A stretch of DNA of 24,000 nucleotides, from NCBI GenBank assembly GCA_046753965.1, contig JBHHUY010000010.1, positions 1 through 24,000 of the forward strand. The letters run 5' to 3'. Below are positions 1 to 5,936 of this stretch, piece by piece. Position 1 is the first letter of the stretch, and every line of letters begins with the position of its first letter. Both the position numbers and the translations under genes were made by a program. Source of the DNA: Phycisphaerae bacterium. Its GTDB lineage: Bacteria > Planctomycetota > Phycisphaerae > UBA1845 > UTPLA1. Below the pieces are notes generated by a model, which saw only the letters and a program-made list of their open reading frames with translations, searched no databases and was not told where the DNA came from.

Positions 1-175
1 GGGGGCGGCCGACGACGCGTATTCTCCGTGCCCGCCGATTCTGTCATGAACCCGACACGCACCGCTGGGAAGCAGTCCCGCCCTGCCGTGCGGGCGTTGC
101 GAATCGGCGGCGGCAGGGCGAGCGGCACCCCGAGGGGATCTGGGCTCGCGCGCCAAAGAGCAAGCCCGCAGACCT

Positions 176-229
176 CTGTGGCACGGGCGTCACGCCCGTG
201 CAGGCACCGCCGGGACGGCGGTGCCACAG
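176..229. repeat. Compact GC-rich twin-hairpin element (REP-like palindromic unit, structured RNA or tandem terminators)
   Basis: Read directly. 181-189 pairs perfectly with 193-201 (9 bp, loop TCA). 203-212 pairs perfectly with 216-225 (10 bp, loop GGA). CTGT 176-179 can pair with ACAG 226-229, closing both hairpins. CCTCTG occurs on both flanks (173-178, 233-238). No credible CDS covers it. Confidence 0.45.
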
Positions 230-296
230 GCCCCTCTGAACGTACGCTCAGTGCAGACGGTCAGGCCAAGGCTCGGATGGATGGCCCGTAAAACGG

Positions 297-332
297 CCAA
301 AACGGGCCGGCCGAGGCCACAGCCCGTTTTGG
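297..332 (-). terminator. Intrinsic-terminator-like hairpin downstream of flgM, possibly bidirectional
   Basis: CCAAAACGGGC (297-307) is the exact reverse complement of GCCCGTTTTGG (322-332): an 11-bp stem with a 14-nt loop. The A4/T4 tracts inside the arms give a U-run on either strand. On the minus strand the stem is followed by CCGTTTTAC. It lies 54 nt beyond the flgM stop codon. Confidence 0.45.
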
Positions 333-385
333 CGAACGAAAACGCAACGGAAGCAGGCGTTCCGTGTTCCCCGAAGAGTCAGTTC

Positions 386-670
386 TCAGCGGGGCTCGAT
401 CGCGTCGAGCAGACGCTCCGTCGCCACCGCCAGCTTCTCTTCGGACTCGTACGTGCCGTTGTCGATGGCGTTTCGGATTTCCACGATCTTGCGCGCTCTG
501 GCTTCGGGCAGTTCCGCCAGACGACCCAACAGGGCGGCGAGATCGGAGATCTCGACTCGGTCGGCCGGAGCGGCCGCTCGCTCCGCCGCAGGCGCTGACG
601 CCGCTTGCGTGCGAAACGCCTGGGGAGTGCCCGTCGTCGCCGAACCGCCAATCGCGTGAATATCGTTCAT
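386..670 (-). CDS. flgM: Anti-sigma-28 factor FlgM
   Basis: 94-aa ORF with ATG at 670-668 preceded by AAAGG. The C-terminal segment ARARKIVEIRNAIDNGTYESEEKLAVATERLLDAI matches the FlgM family signature (R..KV.eiK.aI..G.Y.vd.ekiA.kLl). The N-terminal half is small and disordered, as is typical for FlgM. Confidence 0.8.
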   Translation of the reverse strand: MNDIHAIGGSATTGTPQAFRTQAASAPAAERAAAPADRVEISDLAALLGRLAELPEARARKIVEIRNAIDNGTYESEEKLAVATERLLDAIEPR

Positions 671-935
671 GTCTGACCTTTCTGACCGCCCAATAAGAAG
701 CCGCCCTGCCTAGCTCATACGGAGCCTGCGACCCATCGGTTCGCGCCGATGCCTTTCGCTCGACGTCCTCCAGAATGGGCAATCCTTGCGCCCGGGCGGA
801 AGTCGCCATCGGCGATTCTCTCCGGCGGGCCCATGGATCGTCACCCATCCATGCTCTGGGGTATCGACCGGCAACACTGAAACGCTCCACCCTTTTTTTC
901 GGCCGACACACTATATGTTGATGGACAGAGAGTTA

Positions 936-951
936 CGTGATCTTTTTCACG
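936..951. promoter_or_regulatory. Inverted repeat CGTGA-N6-TCACG (CRP/FNR-family-like operator geometry) in the flgM leader/promoter region
   Basis: Read directly: CGTGA 936-940, 6-nt spacer TCTTTT, TCACG 947-951. This has the same core and spacing as TGTGA-N6-TCACA sites. It sits in the only AT-rich island of this intergenic region, just downstream of the candidate sigma-28 promoter. Confidence 0.25.
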
Positions 952-971
952 ATGTGTACAAACCGGCGCTG

Positions 972-998
972 TTATCGGGCAGGAACCAATAAACTCAA
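972..998 (-). promoter_or_regulatory. Candidate sigma-28 (FliA) type promoter upstream of flgM
   Basis: The minus strand reads TTGAGTTT-ATTGGTTCCTG-CCCGATAA. Against the enterobacterial sigma-28 consensus TAAAGTTT-N11-GCCGATAA this gives 6/8 in the -35 element, an exact 11-nt spacer and 7/8 in the -10 element. flgM is a classical sigma-28 target. Caveat: it lies about 290 nt upstream of the flgM ATG. Confidence 0.4.
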
Positions 999-1179
999 GG
1001 CTTCACAGGCTGTCATCCACGCTGCCGCCGCCCGCGACAGGGAGGGCGTCCGGTCGAACCCGCCTCGCAGACCCACTAGATATGGTGGAGGAGAAGCGCC
1101 AGGCGCCGGGGATGCATCCATCCACCCCGGATGGCGGCGTAGCCACCCGGTCCCGGCTGGCGCCGTTTTCGCCGATCAA

Positions 1180-2313
1180 TCAGAAGTTTTCGCCCAGGAG
1201 AAAGGCCCTGGCCATCTTGGTCGCCATCCGCGAGTTGGAAAACACGAGCGGCAGGACGAAGCGCAAATCCACGTTCGGGAGACGCAAGAATGTGACCATT
1301 TCCTCTCGCCACCGGCGATCGAACTCGGCCAGCGCGTCCTGCGGTTGAGAGGATTCCATCGCCTCCGCACACGTCTCGACCGCCAGCGAGGCCGACCAGA
1401 TGGCCGGAAGCAGGCCCTGTTGGCTGAGTGCCGCGACGAATCCTCCCGCGTCGCCGATCACGACACTCCGCTTTCCGACGTGGGTTTCCAGATCCAGAGC
1501 CACTCCGCGGGGAACCGGTCGATCGAAAACCTCACGGGGATCAATCGGCAGATCGACCGGCAGAACGCCTCCGTCAACACACCGCATCAGGAAGCGGATG
1601 AAAGACCCTTGTCCCCCGATGTCCGCCGGATCGCTGACCCACCCCGCCGCGACGCGGTCGGCGCCGCGCCAGACAAACCCGAACGAGAGCGGCTGCGCGG
1701 GCGCCAGCACCAGGACGAGCTCGCCGCCGGAGACGAGGGGCTGAGCGGTCCTCGTCGAGCGGCCCATCCAACTGTACTCGTGGCAGCAGGCTTCCCCGTC
1801 GGAGCGGGCACGCCCACAGATGCCCAGTTGTCGCGCCGCCCACGCTTCGTGACCGTCGGCCGCGATCAAGAAGCGACCGCGATACGTCGCGCCGGACGTG
1901 GACGTGAGCGCCACGACCTCCTCCTCCGGGCCGACATGGGCGATTTCCGTGGAGAAGCGGAGGTCGGCGCCGCTCGACTCCGCGGCCGCGCGGAGACGCT
2001 CCAGGAGGAGATCCGTCGCGACGAGATCAACCGGGGGATCGATGGGGATGGTCCCCGACCGGCCTTGCGCGAGTTCGACGAACCGAACCGTGTTGATAAG
2101 CCCGGCGGAAACGTCGGCGCGTCGGACGCCGATCGCCTTGAGTCGGTCGTACGTTTGTGGGTGGATCCATTCGAGCCGCCGGCTCGACGACACCGCGTCC
2201 GCGCGGTCCACCAGCGTTACAGAGAGCGCCTTTGCACGAGCGAACGCCGCGGCGGCCAGACCGGCCGGACCCGCACCGAGCACCAACACGTCGGAGATGT
2301 CGCGCGTCGGCAT
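1180..2313 (-). CDS. FAD-dependent oxidoreductase, geranylgeranyl-reductase-like family
   Basis: N-terminal Rossmann dinucleotide motif DVLVLGAGPAGLAAAAFARAKALSVTLVDR. Downstream motif VVIGDAGGFVAALSQQGLLPAIWSA resembles the GDAAG...GEGI motif of GG-reductase/FixC-like flavoproteins. I placed the start at the internal ATG 2313-2311 (MPTRDISDVLVLG) rather than the track start 2445, which would overlap the divergent gene. Confidence 0.7.
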   Translation of the reverse strand: MPTRDISDVLVLGAGPAGLAAAAFARAKALSVTLVDRADAVSSSRRLEWIHPQTYDRLKAIGVRRADVSAGLINTVRFVELAQGRSGTIPIDPPVDLVATDLLLERLRAAAESSGADLRFSTEIAHVGPEEEVVALTSTSGATYRGRFLIAADGHEAWAARQLGICGRARSDGEACCHEYSWMGRSTRTAQPLVSGGELVLVLAPAQPLSFGFVWRGADRVAAGWVSDPADIGGQGSFIRFLMRCVDGGVLPVDLPIDPREVFDRPVPRGVALDLETHVGKRSVVIGDAGGFVAALSQQGLLPAIWSASLAVETCAEAMESSQPQDALAEFDRRWREEMVTFLRLPNVDLRFVLPLVFSNSRMATKMARAFLLGENF

Positions 2314-2332
2314 GGGTGAGTCGGTCTCCGTG

Positions 2333-2361
2333 TTTCCCCCGGCCGAGGGCACCGGTATAAT
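2333..2361 (+). promoter_or_regulatory. Candidate sigma-70-type promoter with a perfect -10 TATAAT placed for a leaderless or near-leaderless transcript
   Basis: TATAAT at 2356-2361 is only 8 nt upstream of the ATG at 2370. The -35 element is weak (TTTCCC at 2333-2338, 17-nt spacer). There is no Shine-Dalgarno sequence between the -10 element and the ATG. Confidence 0.3.
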
Positions 2362-2369
2362 CCGCATCC

Positions 2370-3716
2370 ATGACCGCATCAAGATCCGGCAACCACGGCG
2401 AAGACCTGGCGGCGAACTTCGCCGAGCTCGAACCGCGCTATACACGGGACGAGGCCGTCGCTGAGGCGAGCCGCTGCCTGTTTTGCTACGACGCCCCGTG
2501 CACCCGGGCCTGCCCGACGCACATCGACGTCCCGAAGTTCATCCGGCAGATTCTCCATCGAAACCCGATCGGGGCGGCTGAAACGATCCTGGAAGCGAAC
2601 ATCTTCGGGGGGTCTTGCGCTCGCGCGTGCCCCACGGAAGTGTTGTGCGAAGGGGCCTGCGTGGACAACACGCTTCTCAAGGCGCCCGTGCGGATCGGGC
2701 GGCTCCAGCGGTATGCCTGCGACGAGGCGACGGACCGCGACATCCGTTTCTTCGACGCGGCCGACGACACCGGGAAACACGTGGCGATCGTCGGCGCCGG
2801 GCCTGCGGGGCTCACCTGCGCGCACGAGCTGCGCAAACGCGGACACGCGGTGACCGTCTTCGAAGGCCGCGAGCTTCCCGGCGGAATCAACACCTACGGC
2901 ATCGCCCGCTACAAGTATGACACCGAATTCGCCCTCTCCGAGGTGGCGCGCGTGGAGGCCGTGGGCGGCATCGACCTTCGTCTCCAAACACCGGTCGACG
3001 GTGCGAAGATCGCCGAGTTGCTGAACAAATACGACGCCGTCTTCCTCGGTATCGGGCTCGGAAGAACGGCTCCGCTGGGCATTGAGGGAGAGAATCTCAA
3101 GGGCATCTGGGAAGCCCTCGACTTCATCGAGCAGACCCACACGCTCCCGCTGGAGCAATGCACCTGCGGTCGACATGTCCTGGTCATCGGAGGCGGAAAC
3201 ACGGCCGTCGACGTGGCCACGGCCGCCGTCCGACTCGGGGCCGAGCGGGTCACCATCGCCTACCGCCGCACGGACGCCGAGATGCCGGCCTTCCGGTACG
3301 AATACGATCTGACGCTGGCCGACGGTATTGTCTGGGAGTTTTCCGCCGCGCCGGTGTGTATTCGTGGCGAGAACGGCGCGGTCACCGGTGTCGAATTCGT
3401 GCGAACCCGCCCACAGGGCGAGGGGCGCTCAGCGAAGCTGGAGCACATCGCCGGCTCGAACTTCACGCTGCCCGCGGACATGGTCGTCAAGGCGCTGGGG
3501 CAGGTGCCGCGGGCCGATCTGCTTGAGTCGATTCCGGGCCTGAAGATCGAGCGCGGGCGCGTCGTGATCGACGAGGCAACCGGGGCGACGTCCGTACCCA
3601 GGCTTTTCAGCGGCGGCGACTGCGTCAGCAAGGGCGCCGAGGTAGTCGACGCCGTCCAGGCCGGCAAGATCGCCGCCGCCGGCATCCACGCCCTGATCAC
3701 CGGCAAGGCCGGTTGA
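2370..3716 (+). CDS. NAD(P)-dependent Fe-S flavoprotein, glutamate synthase small-subunit-like / dihydropyrimidine dehydrogenase PreT-like
   Basis: N-terminal Fe-S cysteine clusters RCLFCYDAPCTRACP and CARACPTEVLCEGAC. Two dinucleotide-binding motifs: VAIVGAGPAGLTCAHEL and VLVIGGGNTAVDVA. The C-terminal FSGGDCVSKGAEVVDAVQAGKIAA is typical of the GltD/PreT/AegA family. Confidence 0.8.
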   Translation: MTASRSGNHGEDLAANFAELEPRYTRDEAVAEASRCLFCYDAPCTRACPTHIDVPKFIRQILHRNPIGAAETILEANIFGGSCARACPTEVLCEGACVDNTLLKAPVRIGRLQRYACDEATDRDIRFFDAADDTGKHVAIVGAGPAGLTCAHELRKRGHAVTVFEGRELPGGINTYGIARYKYDTEFALSEVARVEAVGGIDLRLQTPVDGAKIAELLNKYDAVFLGIGLGRTAPLGIEGENLKGIWEALDFIEQTHTLPLEQCTCGRHVLVIGGGNTAVDVATAAVRLGAERVTIAYRRTDAEMPAFRYEYDLTLADGIVWEFSAAPVCIRGENGAVTGVEFVRTRPQGEGRSAKLEHIAGSNFTLPADMVVKALGQVPRADLLESIPGLKIERGRVVIDEATGATSVPRLFSGGDCVSKGAEVVDAVQAGKIAAAGIHALITGKAG

Positions 3717-3761
3717 CGCGTCACGGCCCGGTTCGCTTCGACCTTCCCGCTTTTCCGTGGA

Positions 3762-4208
3762 TCAGGCCGAATCCCCATCCTTTGGCTTCTGCACGGCCTT
3801 CAGGTCGATCTCGGCCGTATCGGGCTTGACCTGGGGAAAACGTGAACGATCAGGTTCCTGTCGTTGGGTTTCGAGCGCCCGCAGCAAATCGAGGATCCGC
3901 AGGACGATCACCACGCCGAGAAGCTGGCCGATCACGAAGACCAGATCGTGTCGAATCGAAGCGTAGACGAGAAGCATGACGGTCGCGAGCAGGGCGACGT
4001 AGAGCGTCGGCAACGGGATGGCGATTCGCCCGTACCGCCGCGATGCACGCCAATGAGCGACCAGACATCCGGCGATCATCATCTGGGCGAGCAGCCCGAA
4101 GAACACCCAGGCGACACCGACGCGCCCGCCCGTGAGCGTCTCGATCAGCGCGTCCAGATCAAGGTAGGAGGCGGCCATGAGCACAGCGCCCACTTCCAGA
4201 GGGTTCAT
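3762..4208 (-). CDS. Small integral membrane protein with a lipid-A-biosynthesis N-terminal (LAB_N, PF07578-like) domain
   Basis: Three hydrophobic helices. The segment LLVYASIRHDLVFVIGQLLGVVIVLRIL resembles the LAB_N signature (Y...r.D.VFi.GQ..g..iY.RN). I placed the start at ATG 4208-4206 (MNPLEVG), which overlaps the upstream gene's stop codon as ATGA. Confidence 0.55.
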   Translation of the reverse strand: MNPLEVGAVLMAASYLDLDALIETLTGGRVGVAWVFFGLLAQMMIAGCLVAHWRASRRYGRIAIPLPTLYVALLATVMLLVYASIRHDLVFVIGQLLGVVIVLRILDLLRALETQRQEPDRSRFPQVKPDTAEIDLKAVQKPKDGDSA

Positions 4209-4828
4209 GAAGCCTGCTTCCCCTTGCGTTCGGCCGGCGCGGTTCCGCTCATCGGGCGCCGCGACCACCGACCCGGCCGATGGGCCCTGAGTTGCCGCAA
4301 CTCAGGGCGATCATCTCCCATGTCCGGATCGAATGCGAGCATCTCCGCGACCGCCTGCTCAACCGTCCAACCCTGCCGCTCGATACGATACAAACCACAG
4401 AGGTAACCGGTCCGATGGCGCCCCGCGGAACAGTGAATGAGGACCGGCTGATGCGTTGGATCGTCGACGAAGCGGAAAAAGGCCTCGACCTGGCTGTCCG
4501 GGATGGGCTTTCGGCTCTCCACGGGGATGCGCCAGACCTCCAGTCCTCGCTCCCGGGCATAGGCGGCCTCGTCCGGTACGCGTTTGCTGACCCCGCTCCG
4601 GACGATCAGAATGCTCCGCAACCCGATTCTGCCGATCAGGTGGTCGATCTGGTGCTTGTTGGGCTGGGCGGATCGGTAAAGCAGGCCCGGCTCCACCGCG
4701 GCGAACCGCCTGGGAGTGGTGAAGTAATAGAGCCACAATGGGACCCCGACTGCCAACGCGACGGCTGTCGCGCCCAGGGCGAATCCGAACCGCTTGCGCC
4801 GTCGTATCTTCGGCGGAGAACTCAGCAT
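4205..4828 (-). CDS. Membrane-anchored cysteine phosphatase of the PTP/dual-specificity superfamily (CX5R)
   Basis: Exact active-site P-loop HCSAGRHRTG (C-X5-R followed by T/G). It is preceded by the LYRSAQP...ILIVRS fold pattern of atypical DSP/PTP-like phosphatases. A basic N-terminus and one hydrophobic helix (FGFALGATAVALAVGVPLWLYYF) indicate an N-terminal membrane anchor. Confidence 0.7.
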   Translation of the reverse strand: MLSSPPKIRRRKRFGFALGATAVALAVGVPLWLYYFTTPRRFAAVEPGLLYRSAQPNKHQIDHLIGRIGLRSILIVRSGVSKRVPDEAAYARERGLEVWRIPVESRKPIPDSQVEAFFRFVDDPTHQPVLIHCSAGRHRTGYLCGLYRIERQGWTVEQAVAEMLAFDPDMGDDRPELRQLRAHRPGRWSRRPMSGTAPAERKGKQAS

Positions 4829-4995
4829 GCGAGGGCCATCCGTCTCCGGGGGCGGGTCCGGAGGACGACCGCCTCATCCCACACGCACGCGCCTTGCACC
4901 GACCCGTGCGCCCAGTCCACTCCAGATTATCTTCATGCGCAGCGGTAGGGTACCGACATCGATCGATCGGAGCAACGAGATTCAGGGGACGGGAA

Positions 4996-5023
4996 TTGAC
5001 TCTGCGGATTTCGATCTTATGAT
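4996..5023 (+). promoter_or_regulatory. Near-consensus sigma-70-type promoter upstream of the GT2 gene and the whole plus-strand run
   Basis: TTGACT (4996-5001), 16-nt spacer, TATGAT (5018-5023). This is 5/6 in each hexamer against TTGACA/TATAAT. It lies in a locally AT-richer stretch of the 264-bp divergent intergenic region, about 70 nt upstream of the ATG at 5093. Confidence 0.45.
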
Positions 5024-5092
5024 CCCGCAGGCCGCAGAAACCCCCACTTAGCCGAGCCCGCCGCCGATGAGCCGTCCAGGGGACCGTCCACC

Positions 5093-5842
5093 ATGAAGGC
5101 CTTGATCGCGATTCCCGTCTTCAACGAGCAGCGATACGTGGCGAACATTCTCGCTCGCATCCGGCGCGTCGGGCACGACATCCTTGTCGTGGACGACGGC
5201 TCAACCGATGGCACGCCGGGCATCCTGGCCCGCGAGCCCGGCATCGCCGTGATTCGCCAGCCGGAGAACCGGGGCTATGGCCAGAGCCTGATCGAGGCTT
5301 TTCGCTATGCGGCGCGCGAGGGATACGACTGGCTCATCACGATCGACTGCGACGATCAGCACGAACCCGCCCACATCCCGGAGTTCGTCGAGCGTGCGGC
5401 TCGGGATGATGTCGACGTCGTTTCCGGCTCGCGCTATCTGGCTGCCATGCCCGGCAACACGGCCCCGCCGCCCGATCGACGGCAGATCAACCGGCGGATC
5501 ACGCGGTTGCTGAACCGCCGGCTCGGCCTCCGCCTGACCGATGCCTTCTGCGGCTTCAAGGCGTACCGGGTCGCCGCGGTTGAGCGGCTCTCACTCTCCA
5601 TCCCCGGCTATGCCTTCCCGCTCCAATTCTGGGTGCAGGCGGCACATCACGGCCTGCGTATCTGTGAGTTGCCGGTCCAGCTTATCTACAACGATCCGAC
5701 GCGACACTTCGGCGGCTTGCTCGACGACCCGGACTCCAGGCTGGCACATTACCTTGAGGTCTTCGACGCCGAACTGACAAAGACCGGATACCGGCACGCA
5801 GCCGCATCCCTTGCCGGCGAATCCCGATCCTGTTCGAATTGA
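5093..5842 (+). CDS. Family 2 glycosyltransferase, polyprenol-phosphate glycosyltransferase-like (DPM1/GtrB/ArnC type), soluble catalytic domain only
   Basis: The N-terminus IAIPVFNEQRYV...VVDDGSTDGT, the DXD region ITIDCDDQHEP and VSGSRY are the classic GT-A/GT2 DPM1-like pattern. The 249-aa protein has no evident transmembrane helices. Confidence 0.8.
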   Translation: MKALIAIPVFNEQRYVANILARIRRVGHDILVVDDGSTDGTPGILAREPGIAVIRQPENRGYGQSLIEAFRYAAREGYDWLITIDCDDQHEPAHIPEFVERAARDDVDVVSGSRYLAAMPGNTAPPPDRRQINRRITRLLNRRLGLRLTDAFCGFKAYRVAAVERLSLSIPGYAFPLQFWVQAAHHGLRICELPVQLIYNDPTRHFGGLLDDPDSRLAHYLEVFDAELTKTGYRHAAASLAGESRSCSN

Positions 5843-5936
5843 ACTACGCCAACCGCCGGTCGCGGCAACTCCGTGGGCTCCCACGGCCGGGCGGAGCGAG
5901 CCTCGTTCAGATGACCACCAGGGGTGACAAGCATCC

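Noticed and set aside
28-291. ORFs 28-291(+), 221-598(+) and 261-911(-), plus a possible minus-strand gene starting at ATG 47-45 and running off the left edge.
   Set aside because: The translations are Arg/Ala/Pro-rich with no motifs, and they overlap the stem-loop elements or flgM in the wrong frame. For the edge candidate only 15 codons are visible and there is no ribosome-binding site, so it cannot be supported.
937-2319. 460-aa plus-strand ORF opposite the flavoprotein gene. Comparable long antisense or alternative-frame ORFs include 2379-3176(-), 7363-8295(-), 11040-12014(-), 11972-12871(-), 13533-14573(-), 14782-15639(-), 20335-21399(-) and 21841-22896(-).
   Set aside because: All are shadow ORFs of genes with clear family motifs on the other strand or frame. 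Their translations are Arg/Pro/Gly/Ala-rich low-complexity strings with no recognisable motifs, as expected from stop-codon-poor high-GC DNA.
2364-2378. The identical 15-mer GCATCCATGACCGCA spans the start codons of two genes (2364-2378 and 5931-5945; both proteins begin MTA).
   Set aside because: A single 15-nt match is roughly what chance allows in 24 kb of compositionally biased DNA on two strands. The flanks diverge immediately and nothing else links the two genes.
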